Assembly (NCBI GenBank): GCA_002269645.1
Contig: NIVC01002156.1
Location: 62,001 to 126,000, forward strand
Direction of reading: 5' to 3'
DNA: 64,000 nucleotides
Source: Macrostomum lignano
Taxonomy: Eukaryota
Shown: in pieces, positions 31,080-43,700 of the stretch
Position numbering within the stretch: the stretch's first letter is position 1
Layout of the letters: every line of letters starts with the position of its first letter
Notes under the pieces: model-generated
Told to the model about the DNA's origin: nothing
The model's input: the letters and a program-made list of their open reading frames with translations, nothing else
Databases searched by the model: none
Program-made: the position numbers and the translations under genes

Positions 31080-31329
31080 CCCCTGGTGCTAAAGCCCTTG
31101 GTGCTAAAGCCCCTGGTGCTAAAGCCCTTTGTGGTAAAGCCTTGGTGCTAAAGCCCCTGGTGCTAAAGCCCCTGGTGCTAAAGCCCCTGGTGCTAAAGCC
31201 CCTGGTGCTAAAGCCCCTGGTGCTAAAGCCCCTGGTGCTAAAGCCCCTGGTGCTGAAGCCCTGGTGCTAAAGCCCCTGGTGCTAAAGCCCTGGTGCTAAA
31301 GCCCCTGGTGCTGAAGCCCTGGTGCTAAG
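31080..31329. repeat. 15-bp minisatellite AAGCCCCTGGTGCTA, ~16 copies
   Basis: Direct inspection. Confidence 0.95.
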
Positions 31330-31789
31330 CGAAATCTGACAGAATCAATCAAACGTGTCCTGAGCTCAGCGCACAGAAAAACAAAGAAGTTTGGCAGTAA
31401 TGAGGGAGGCCCTGTCATATAGTAAAGAATCAATTACATTTGACTCGGCAGGGTCAAACAAAAAGAGTGCGCCCACCCTACAGTATGTTGTCCGATTCTG
31501 TTTAGCTATCAACCAGCTGCTTAGCTCGACTGCATGGGCGGTGCGATGACACATGCAGCGCGTGGGCGTATTTTTTTAGTGAGAAACTTCTCTCGCTTTC
31601 TTGCGTATAGATAAGATCCCATGCCTTCAGTGGTCATTTCTTCCCTGTAATTGACTGGTTGCACAGCTTGGCCATGTGCGTGGGAGGCTGGCACTTTGGG
31701 AGCTCTCTCAACAGCAGTGTCAACTTCATCCCATTCCTTTGATCCCCTCTTTGTCGCCTCCTTGTCTCAACTATCTTGTCTATCCCGTC

Positions 31790-34700
31790 TCATCCGTCTG
31801 CTCACCCCTCTGCCCAATACTCTGCTACATCCTGTCTGTTTCATCCTCTGCTTTATCCTCTGCTTCATCCTCTGCTTTATCCTGTCTGTTTCATCCTCTG
31901 CTTCATCCTCTGCTTCATCCTCTGCTTCATCCTGTCTGTTTCATCCTCTGCTTCATCCTCTGCTTTATCCTCTGCTTCATCCTGTCTGTTTCATCCTCTG
32001 CTTTATCCTCTGCTTTATCCTGTCTGTTTCATCCTCTGCTTTATCCTCTGCTTCATCCTGTCTGTTTCATCCTCTGCTTCATCCTCTGCTTTATCCTCTG
32101 CTTCATCCTCTGCTTCATCCTGTCTGTTTCATCCTCTGCTTCATCCTCTGCTTCATCCTCTGCTTCATCCTGTCTGTTTCATCCTCTGCTTTATCCTCTG
32201 CTTTATCCTGTCTGTTTCATCCTCTGCTTCATCCTGTCTGTTTCATCCTCTGCTTCATCCTCTGCTTTATCCTCTGCTTCATCCTCTGCTTCATCCTGTC
32301 TGTTTCATCCTCTGCTTTATCCTCTGCTTTATCCTCTGCTTTATCCTGTCTGTTTCATCCTCTGCTTCATCCTGTCTGTTTCATCCTCTGCTTTATCCTC
32401 TGCTTCATCCTCTGCTTTATCCTCTGCTTTATCCTCTGCTTCATCCTGTCTGTTTCATCCTCTGCTTTATCCTCTGCTTCATCCTCTGCTTTATCCTCTG
32501 CTTTATCCTCTGCTTCATCCTCTGCTTTATCCTCTGCTTTATCCTCTGCTTTATCCTCTGTTTCATCCTCTGCTTCATCCTCTGCTTCATCCTCTGCTTC
32601 ATCCTGTCTGTTTCATCCTCTGCTTTATCCTCTGCTTCATCCTCTGCTTTATCCTCTGCTTCATCCTCTGCTTTATCCTCTGCTTCATCCTCTGCTTTAT
32701 CCTCTGCTTTATCCTCTGCTTTATCCTCTGCTTCATCCTCTGCTTCATCCTCTGCTTCATCCTCTGCTTCATCCTCTGCTTCATCCTGTCTGTTTCATCC
32801 TCTGCTTTATCCTCTGCTTTATCCTCTGCTTCATCCTCTGCTTCATCCTCTGCTTTATCCTCTGCTTCATCCTCTGCTTCATCCTGTCTGTCTCATCCTC
32901 TGCTTCATCCTGTGTGTCTCATCCTCTGCTTCATCCTGTGTGTCTCATCCTCTGCTTCATCCTGTGTGTCTCATCCTCTGCTTCATCATGTGTGTCTCAT
33001 CCTCTGCTTCATCCTCTGCTTTATCCTGTCTGTTTCATCCTCTGCTTTATCCTCTGCTTCATCCTCTGCTTTATCCTCTGCTTCATCCTCTGCTTTATCC
33101 TCTGCTTTATCCTCTGCTTTATCCTCTGCTTCATCCTCTGCTTCATCCTCTGCTTCATCCTCTGCTTTATCCTCTGCTTCATCCTCTGCTTTATCCTCTG
33201 CTTCATCCTCTGCTTCATCCTGTCTGTCTCATCCTCTGCTTCATCCTGTGTGTCTCATCCTCTGCTTCATCCTGTGTGTCTCATCCTCCGCTTCATCCTG
33301 TGTGTCTCATCCTCTGCTTCATCCTGTGTGTCTCATCCTCTGCTTCATCCTGTGTGTCTCATCCTCTGCTTCATCCTGTGTGTCTCATCCTCTGCTTCAT
33401 CCTGTGTGTCTCATCCTCTGCTTCATCCTGTGTGTCTCATCCTCTGCTTCATCCTGTGTGTCTCATCCTCTGCTTCATCCTGTGTGTCTCATCCTCTGCT
33501 TCATCCTGTGTGTCTCATCCTCGCTTCATCCTGTGTGTCTCATCCTCTGCTTCATCCTGTGTGTCTCATCCTCTGCTTCATCCTGTGTGTCTCATCCTCT
33601 GCTTCATCTGTGTGTCTCATCCTCTGCTTCATCCTGTGTGTCTCATCCTCTGCTTCATCCTGTCTGTCTCATCCTCTGCTTCATCTGTGTGTCTCATCCT
33701 CTGCTTCATCCTGTGTGTCTCATCCTCTGCTTCATCCTGTGTGTCTCATCCTCTGCTTCATCCTGTCTGTCTCATCCTCTGCTTCATCCTGTGTGTCTCA
33801 TCCTCTGCTTCATCCTGTGTGTCTCATCCTCTGCTTCATCCTGTGTGTCTCATCCTCTGCTTCATCCTGTGTGTCTCATCCTCTGCTTCATCCTGTGTGT
33901 CTCATCCTCTGCTTCATCCTGTGTGTCTCATCCTCGCTTCATCCTGTGTGTCTCATCCTCTGCTTCATCCTGTGTGTCTCATCCTCTGCTTCATCCTGTG
34001 TGTCTCATCCTCTGCTTCATCCTGTGTGTCTCATCCTCTGCTTCATCCTGTGTGTCTCATCCTCTGCTTCATCCTGTGTGTCTCATCCTCTGCTTCATCC
34101 TGTGTGTCTCATCCTCTGCTTCATCCTGTGTGTCTCATCCTCTGCTTCATCCTGTGTGTCTCATCCTCTGCTTCATCCTGTGTGTCTCATCCTCTGCTTC
34201 ATCCTGTGTGTCTCATCCTCTGCTTCATCCTGTGTGTCTCATCCTCTGCTTCATCCTGTGTGTCTCATCCTCTGCTTCATCCTGTGTGTCTCATCCTCTG
34301 CTTCATCCTGTGTGTCTCATCCTCTGCTTCATCCTGTCTGTCTCATCCTCTGCTTCATCCTGTGTGTCTCATCCTCTGCTTCATCCTGTGTGTCTCATCC
34401 TCTGCTTCATCCTGTGTGTCTCATCCTCTGCTTCATCCTGTGTGTCTCATCCTCTGCTTCATCCTGTGTGTCTCATCCTCTGCTTCATCCTGTGTGTCTC
34501 ATCCTCTGCTTCATCCTGTGTGTCTCATCCTCTGCTTCATCCTGTGTGTCTCATCCTCTGCTTCATCCTGTCTGTCTCATCCTCTGCTTCATCCTGTGTG
34601 TCTCATCCTCTGCTTCATCCTGTGTGTCTCATCCTCTGCTTCATCCTGTGTGTCTCATCCTCTGCTTCATCCTGTGTGTCTCATCCTCCGCTTCATCCTG

Positions 34701-37700
34701 TGTGTCTCATCCTCTGCTTCATCCTGTCTGTCTCATCCTCTGCTTCATCCTGTGTGTCTCATCCTCTGCTTTATCCTCTGCTTCATCCTCTGTTTTATCC
34801 TCTGCTTCATCCTCTGCTTCATCCTCTGCTTCATCCTGTGTGTCTCATCCTCTGCTTCATCCTGTGTGTCTCATCCTCTGCTTCATCCTGTGTGTCTCAT
34901 CCTCTGCTTCATCCTGTGTGTCTCATCCTCTGCTTCATCCTGTGTGTCTCATCCTCTGCTTCATCCTGTGTGTCTCATCCTCTGCTTCATCCTGTGTGTC
35001 TCATCCTCTGCTTCATCCTGTGTGTCTCATCCTCTGCTTCATCCTGTGTGTCTCATCCTCTGCTTCATCCTGTGTGTCTCATCCTCTGCTTCATCCTGTG
35101 TGTCTCATCCTCTGCTTCATCCTGTGTGTCTCATCCTCTGCTTCATCCTGTGTGTCTCATCCTCTGCTTCATCCTGTGTGTCTCATCCTCTGCTTTATCC
35201 TCTGCTTCATCCTCTGCTTCATCCTCTGCTTCATCATGTGTGTCTCATCCTCTGCTTCATCATGTGTGTCTCATCCTCTGCTTCATCATGTGTGTCTCAT
35301 CCTCTGCTTCATCCTGTGTGTCTCATCCTCTGCTTCATCCTGTCTGTCTCATCCTCTGCTTCATCCTGTGTGTCTCATCCTCTGCTTCATCCTGTGTGTC
35401 TCATCCTCTGCTTCATCCTGTGTGTCTCATCCTCTGCTTCATCCTGTGTGTCTCATCCTCTGCTTCATCCTGTGTGTCTCATCCTCTGCTTCATCCTGTG
35501 TGTCTCATCCTCTGCTTCATCCTGTGTGTCTCATCCTCTGCTTCATCCTGTGTGTCTCATCCTCTGCTTCATCCTGTGTGTCTCATCCTCTGCTTTATCC
35601 TCTGCTTCATCCTCTGTTTTATCCTCTGCTTCATCCTCTGTTCATCCTCTGCTTCATCCTGTGTGTCTCATCCTCTGCTTCATCCTGTGTGTCTCATCCT
35701 CTGCTTCATCCTGTGTGTCTCATCCTCTGCTTCATCCTGTGTGTCTCATCCTCTGCTTCATCCTGTGTGTCTCATCCTCTGCTTCATCCTGTGTGTCTCA
35801 TCCTCTGCTTCATCCTGTGTGTCTCATCCTCTGCTTCATCCTGTGTGTCTCATCCTCTGCTTCATCCTGTGTGTCTCATCCTCTGCTTCATCCTGTCTGT
35901 CTCATCCTCTGCTTCATCCTGTGTGTCTCATCCTCTGCTTCATCCTGTGTGTCTCATCCTCTGCTTCATCCTGTGTGTCTCATCCTCTGCTTCATCCTGT
36001 GTGTCTCATCCTCTGCTTCATCCTGTGTGTCTCATCCTCTGCTTCATCCTGTGTGTCTCATCCTCTGCTTCATCCTGTGTGTCTCATCCTCTGCTTCATC
36101 CTGTGTGTCTCATCCTCTGCTTCATCCTGTGTGTCTCATCCTCTGCTTCATCCTGTGTGTCTCATCCTCTGCTTCATCCTCTGCTTCATCCTCTGTTTAT
36201 CCTCTGCTTCATCCTCTGTTCATCCTCTGCTTCATCCTGTGTGTCTCATCCTCTGCTTCATCCTGTGTGTCTCATCCTCTGCTTCATCCTGTGTGTCTCA
36301 TCCTCTGCTTCATCCTGTGTGTCTCATCCTCTGCTTCATCCTGTGTGTCTCATCCTCTGCTTCATCCTGTGTGTCTCATCCTCTGCTTCATCCTGTGTGT
36401 CTCATCCTCTGCTTCATCCTGTGTGTCTCATCCTCTGCTTCATCCTGTGTGTCATCCTCTGTTTATCCTCTGCTTCATCCTCTGTTTTATCCTCTGCTTC
36501 ATCCTCTGTTCATCCTCTGCTTCATCCTGTGTGTCTCATCCTCTGCTTCATCCTGTGTGTCTCATCCTCTGCTTCATCCTGTGTGTCTCATCCTCTGCTT
36601 CATCCTGTGTGTCTCATCCTCTGCTTCATCCTGTGTGTCTCATCCTCTGCTTCATCCTGTGTGTCTCATCCTCTGCTTCATCCTGTGTGTCTCATCCTCT
36701 GCTTCATCCTGTGTGTCTCATCCTCTGCTTCATCCTGTGTGTCTCATCCTCTGCTTCATCCTGTGTGTCTCATCCTCTGCTTCATCCTGTGTGTCTCATC
36801 CTCTGCTTCATCCTGTGTGTCTCATCCTCTGCTTCATCCTGTGTGTCTCATCCTCTGCTTCATCCTGTGTGTCTCATCCTCTGCTTCATCCTGTGTGTCT
36901 CATCCTCTGCTTCATCCTGTGTGTCTCATCCTCTGCTTCATCCTGTGTGTCTCATCCTCTGCTTCATCCTGTGTGTCTCATCCTCTGCTTCATCCTGTGT
37001 GTCTCATCCTCTGCTTCATCCTCTGTTCATCCTCTGTTTATCCTCTGCTTCATCCTCTGTTCATCCTCTGCTTCATCCTGTGTGTCTCATCCTCTGCTTC
37101 ATCCTGTGTGTCTCATCCTCTGCTTCATCCTGTGTGTCTCATCCTCTGCTTCATCCTGTGTGTCTCATCCTCTGCTTCATCCTGTGTGTCTCATCCTCTG
37201 CTTCATCCTGTGTGTCTCATCCTCTGCTTCATCCTGTGTGTCTCATCCTCTGCTTCATCCTGTGTGTCTCATCCTCTGCTTCATCCTGTGTGTCTCATCC
37301 TCTGCTTCATCCTGTGTGTCTCATCCTCTGCTTCATCCTGTGTGTCTCATCCTCTGCTTCATCCTGTGTGTCTCATCCTCTGCTTCATCCTGTGTGTCTC
37401 ATCCTCTGCTTCATCCTGTGTGTCTCATCCTCTGCTTCATCCTTGTGTCATCCTCTGCTTCATCCTCTGCTTCATCCTGTGTGTCTCATCCTCTGCTTCA
37501 TCCTGTGTGTCTCATCCTCTGCTTCATCCTGTGTGTCTCATCCTCTGCTTCATCCTGTGTGTCTCATCCTCTGCTTCATCCTGTGTGTCTCATCCTCTGC
37601 TTCATCCTCTGCTTCATCCTCTGTTATCCTCTGCTTCATCCTCTGTTCATCCTCTGCTTCATCCTGTGTGTCTCATCCTCTGCTTCATCCTGTGTGTCTC

Positions 37701-40700
37701 ATCCTCTGCTTCATCCTGTGTGTCTCATCCTCTGCTTCATCCTGTGTGTCTCATCCTCTGCTTCATCCTGTGTGTCTCATCCTCTGCTTCATCCTGTGTG
37801 TCTCATCCTCTGCTTCATCCTGTGTGTCTCATCCTCTGCTTCATCCTGTGTGTCTCATCCTCTGCTTCATCCTGTGTGTCTCATCCTCTGCTTCATCCTG
37901 TGTTCATCCTCTGCTTTATCCTCTGCTTCATCCTCTGTTCATCCTCTGCTTCATCCTGTGTGTCTCATCCTCTGCTTCATCCTGTGTGTCTCATCCTCTG
38001 CTTCATCCTGTGTGTCTCATCCTCTGCTTCATCCTGTGTGTCTCATCCTCTGCTTCATCCTGTGTGTCTCATCCTCTGCTTCATCCTGTGTGTCTCATCC
38101 TCTGCTTCATCCTGTGTGTCTCATCCTCTGCTTCATCCTGTGTGTCTCATCCTCTGCTTCATCCTGTGTGTCTCATCCTCTGCTTCATCCTGTGTGTCTC
38201 ATCCTCTGCTTCATCCTGTGTGTCTCATCCTCTGCTTCATCCTGTGTGTCTCATCCTCTGCTTCATCCTGTGTGTCTCATCCTCTGCTTCATCCTGTGTG
38301 TCTCATCCTCTGCTTCATCCTGTGTGTCTCATCCTCTGCTTCATCCTGTGTGTCTCATCCTCTGCTTCATCCTGTGTGTCTCATCCTCTGCTTCATCCTG
38401 TGTGTCTCATCCTCTGCTTCATCCTGTGTGTCTCATCCTCTGCTTCATCCTGTGTGTCTCATCCTCTGCTTCATCCTCTGCTTCATCCTCTGTTTTATCC
38501 TCTGCTTCATCCTCTGCTTCATCCTCTGCTTCATCCTGTGTGTCTCATCCTCTGCTTCATCCTGTCTGTCTCATCCTCTGCTTCATCCTGTGTGTCTCAT
38601 CCTCTGCTTCATCCTGTGTGTCTCATCCTCTGCTTCATCCTGTGTGTCTCATCCTCTGCTTCATCCTGTGTGTCTCATCCTCTGCTTCATCCTGTGTGTC
38701 TCATCCTCTGCTTCATCCTGTGTGTCTCATCCTCTGCTTTATCCTCTGCTTCATCCTCTGTTTTATCCTCTGCTTCATCCTCTGTTTTATCCTCTGCTTC
38801 ATCCTCTGCTTCATCCTCTGCTTCTTCCTGTGTGTCTCATCCTCTGCTTCATCCTGTGTGTCTCATCCTCTGCTTCATCCTGTGTGTCTCATCCTCTGCT
38901 TCATCCTGTGTGTCTCATCCTCTGCTTCATCCTGTGTGTCTCATCCTCTGCTTCATCCTGTGTGTCTCATCCTCTGCTTCATCCTGTGTGTCTCATCCTC
39001 TGCTTCATCTGTGTGTCTCATCCTCTGCTTCATCCTGTGTGTCTCATCCTCTGCTTCATCCTGTCTGTCTCATCCTCTGCTTCATCCTGTGTGTCTCATC
39101 CTCTGCTTCATCCTGTGTGTCTCATCCTCTGCTTCATCCTGTGTGTCTCATCCTCTGCTTCATCCTGTGTGTCTCATCCTCTGCTTCATCCTGTGTGTCT
39201 CATCCTCTGCTTCATCCTGTGTGTCTCATCCTCTGCTTCATCCTGTGTGTCTCATCCTCTGCTTCATCCTGTGTGTCTCATCCTCTGCTTCATCCTGTGT
39301 GTCTCATCCTCTGCTTCATCCTGTGTGTCTCATCCTCTGCTTCATCCTGTGCTTCATCCTCTGTTTTATCCTCTGCTTCATCCTCTGCTTCATCCTCTGC
39401 TTCATCCTGTGTGTCTCATCCTCTGCTTCATCCTGTCTGTCTCATCCTCTGCTTCATCCTGTGTGTCTCATCCTCTGCTTCATCCTGTGTGTCTCATCCT
39501 CTGCTTCATCCTGTGTGTCTCATCCTCTGCTTCATCCTGTGTGTCTCATCCTCTGCTTTATCCTCTGCTTCATCCTCTGCTTCATCCTCTGCTTCATCCT
39601 GTGTGTCTCATCCTCTGCTTCATCCTGTGTGTCTCATCCTCTGCTTCATCCTGTGTGTCTCATCCTCTGCTTCATCCTGTCTGTCTCATCCTCTGCTTCA
39701 TCCTGTGTGTCTCATCCTCTGCTTTATCCTCTGCTTCATCCTCTGTTTCCTCTGCTTCATCCTCTGCTTCATCCTCTGCTTCATCCTGTGTGTCTCATCC
39801 TCTGCTTCATCCTGTGTGTCTCATCCTCTGCTTCATCCTGTGTGTCTCATCCTCTGCTTCATCCTGTGTGTCTCATCCTCTGCTTCATCCTGTGTGTCTC
39901 ATCCTCTGCTTCATCCTGTGTGTCTCATCCTCCGCTTCATCCTGTGTGTCTCATCCTCTGCTTCATCCTGTGTTCTCATCCTCTGCTTCATCCTGTGTGT
40001 CTCATCCTCTGCTTTATCCTCTGCTTCATCCTCTGTTTTATCCTCTGCTTCATCCTCTGCTTCATCCTCTGCTTCATCCTGTGTGTCTCATCCTCTGCTT
40101 CATCCTGTGTGTCTCATCCTCTGCTTCATCCTGTGTGTCTCATCCTCTGCTTCATCCTGTGTGTCTCATCCTCTGCTTCATCCTGTGTGTCTCATCCTCT
40201 GCTTCATCCTGTGTGTCTCATCCTCTGCTTCATCCTGTGTGTCTCATCCTCTGCTTCATCCTGTGTGTCTCATCCTCTGCTTCATCCTGTGTGTCTCATC
40301 CTCTGCTTCATCCTGTCTGTCTCATCCTCTGCTTCATCCTGTGTGTCTCATCCTCTGCTTCATCCTGTGTGTCTCATCCTCTGCTTCATCCTGTGTGTCT
40401 CATCCTCTGCTTCATCCTGTGTGTCTCATCCTCTGCTTCATCCTGTGTGTCTCATCCTCTGCTTCATCCTGTGTGTCTCATCCTCTGCTTCATCCTGTGT
40501 GTCTCATCCTCTGCTTCATCCTGTGTGTCTCATCCTCTGCTTCATCCTGTCTGTCTCATCCTCTGCTTCATCCTGTGTGTCTCATCCTCTGCTTTATCCT
40601 CTGCTTCATCCTCTGTTTTATCCTCTGCTTCATCCTCTGCTTCATCCTCTGCTTCATCCTGTGTGTCTCATCCTCTGCTTCATCCTGTGTCTCATCCTCT

Positions 40701-43700
40701 GCTTCATCCTGTGTGTCTCATCCTCTGCTTCATCCTGTGTGTCTCATCCTCTGCTTCATCCTGTGTGTCTCATCCTCTGCTTCATCCTGTGTGTCTCATC
40801 CTCTGCTTCATCCTGTGTGTCTCATCCTCTGCTTCATCCTGTGTGTCTCATCCTCTGCTTCATCCTCTGCTTCATCCTCTGTTTATCCTCTGCTTCATCC
40901 TCTGTTTATCCTCTGCTTCATCCTCTGCTTCATCCTCTGCTTCATCCTGTGTGTCTCATCCTCTGCTTCATCCTGTGTGTCTCATCCTCTGCTTCATCCT
41001 GTGTGTCTCATCCTCTGCTTCATCCTGTGTGTCTCATCCTCTGCTTCATCCTGTGTGTCTCATCCTCTGCTTCATCCTGTGTGTCTCATCCTCTGCTTCA
41101 TCCTGTGTGTCTCATCCTCTGCTTCATCCTGTGTGTCTCATCCTCTGCTTCATCCTGTGTGTCTCATCCTCTGCTTCATCCTGTCTGTCTCATCCTCTGC
41201 TTCATCCTGTGTGTCTCATCCTCTGCTTCATCCTGTGTGTCTCATCCTCTGCTTCATCCTGTCTGTCTCATCCTCTGCTTCATCCTGTGTGTCTCATCCT
41301 CTGCTTCATCCTGTGTGTCTCATCCTCTGCTTCATCCTGTGTGTCTCATCCTCTGCTTCATCCTGTGTGTCTCATCCTCTGCTTCATCCTGTGTGTCTCA
41401 TCCTCTGCTTCATCCTGTGTGTCTCATCCTCTGCTTCATCCTGTGTGTCTCATCCTCTGCTTTATCCTCTGCTTCATCCTCTGTTTTATCCTCTGCTTCA
41501 TCCTCTGCTTCATCCTCTGCTTCATCCTGTGTGTCTCATCCTCTGCTTCATCCTGTGTGTCTCATCCTCTGCTTCATCCTGTGTGTCTCATCCTCTGCTT
41601 CATCCTGTGTGTCTCATCCTCTGCTTCATCCTGTGTGTCTCATCCTCTGCTTCATCCTGTGTGTCTCATCCTCTGCTTCATCCTGTGTGTCTCATCCTCT
41701 GCTTCATCCTGTGTGTCTCATCCTCTGCTTCATCCTGTGTGTCTCATCCTCTGCTTCATCCTGTGTGTCTCATCCTCTGCTTCATCCTGTGTGTCTCATC
41801 CTCTGCTTCATCCTGTGTGTCTCATCCTCTGCTTCATCCTGTGTGTCTCATCCTCTGCTTCATCCTGTGTGTCTCATCCTCTGCTTCATCCTCTGTTCAT
41901 CCTCTGCTTCATCCTCTGCTTCATCATGTGTGTCTCATCCTCTGCTTCATCCTGTGTGTCTCATCCTCTGCTTCATCTGTGTGTCTCATCCTCTGCTTCA
42001 TCCTGTCTGTCTCATCCTCTGCTTCATCCTGTGTGTCTCATCCTCTGCTTCATCCTGTGCTTCATCCTCTGTTTATCCTCTGCTTCATCCTCTGCTTCAT
42101 CCTCTGCTTCATCCTGTGTGTCTCATCCTCTGCTTCATCCTGTCTGTCTCATCCTCTGCTTCATCCTGTGTGTCTCATCCTCTGCTTCATCCTGTGTGTC
42201 TCATCCTCTGCTTCATCCTGTGTGTCTCATCCTCTGCTTCATCCTGTGTGTCTCATCCTCTGCTTCATCCTGTGTGTCTCATCCTCTGCTTCATCCTGTG
42301 TGTCTCATCCTCTGCTTCATCCTGTGTGTCTCATCCTCTGCTTTATCCTCTGCTTCATCCTCTGTTTTATCCTCTGCTTCATCCTCTGCTTCATCCTCTG
42401 CTTCATCCTGTGTGTCTCATCCTCTGCTTCATCCTGTCTGTCTCATCCTCTGCTTCATCCTGTGTGTCTCATCCTCTGCTTCATCCTGTGTGTCTCATCC
42501 TCTGCTTCATCCTGTGTGTCTCATCCTCTGCTTCATCCTGTGTGTCTCATCCTCTGCTTCATCCTGTGTGTCTCATCCTCTGCTTCATCCTGTGTGTCTC
42601 ATCCTCTGCTTCATCCTCTGTTCATCCTCTGTTTATCCTCTGCTTCATCCTCTGTTTATCCTCTGCTTCATCCTCTGTTCATCCTCTGCTTCATCCTGTG
42701 TGTCTCATCCTCTGCTTCATCCTGTGTGTCTCATCCTCTGCTTCATCCTGTGTGTCTCATCCTCTGCTTCATCCTGTGTGTCTCATCCTCTGCTTCATCC
42801 TGTGTGTCTCATCCTCTGCTTCATCCTGTGTGTCTCATCCTCTGCTTCATCCTGTGTGTCTCATCCTCTGCTTCATCCTGTGTGTCTCATCCTCTGCTTC
42901 ATCCTGTGTGTCTCATCCTCTGCTTCATCCTGTCTGTCTCATCCTCTGCTTCATCCTGTGTGTCTCATCCTCTGCTTCATCCTGTGTGTCTCATCCTCTG
43001 CTTCATCCTGTGTGTCTCATCCTCTGCTTCATCCTGTGTGTCTCATCCTCTGCTTCATCCTGTGTGTCTCATCCTCTGCTTCATCCTGTGTGTCTCATCC
43101 TCTGCTTCATCCTGTGTGTCTCATCCTCTGCTTCATCCTGTGTGTCTCATCCTCTGCTTCATCCTGTGTGTCTCATCCTCTGCTTCATCCTGTGTGTCTC
43201 ATCCTCTGCTTCATCCTCTGCTTCATCCTCTGTTTTATCCTCTGCTTCATCCTCTGCTTCATCCTCTGCTTCATCCTGTGTGTCTCATCCTCTGCTTCAT
43301 CCTGTGTGTCTCATCCTCTGCTTCATCCTGTGTGTCTCATCCTCTGCTTCATCCTGTGTGTCTCATCCTCTGCTTCATCCTGTGTGTCTCATCCTCTGCT
43401 TCATCCTGTGTGTCTCATCCTCTGCTTCATCCTGTGTGTCTCATCCTCTGCTTCATCCTGTGTGTCTCATCCTCTGCTTCATCCTGTGTGTCTCATCCTC
43501 TGCTTCATCCTGTGTGTCTCATCCTCTGCTTCATCCTGTGTGTCTCATCCTCTGCTTCATCCTGTGTGTCTCATCCTCTGCTTCATCCTGTGTGTCTCAT
43601 CCTCTGCTTCATCCTGTGTGTCTCATCCTCTGCTTCATCCTCTGTTCATCCTCTGCTTCATCCTCTGCTTCATTGTGTGTCTCATCCTCTGCTTCATCCT

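Noticed and set aside
973-31329. Minisatellites as CRISPR arrays
   Set aside because: Head-to-tail repeats without unique spacers, eukaryotic context, no cas genes.
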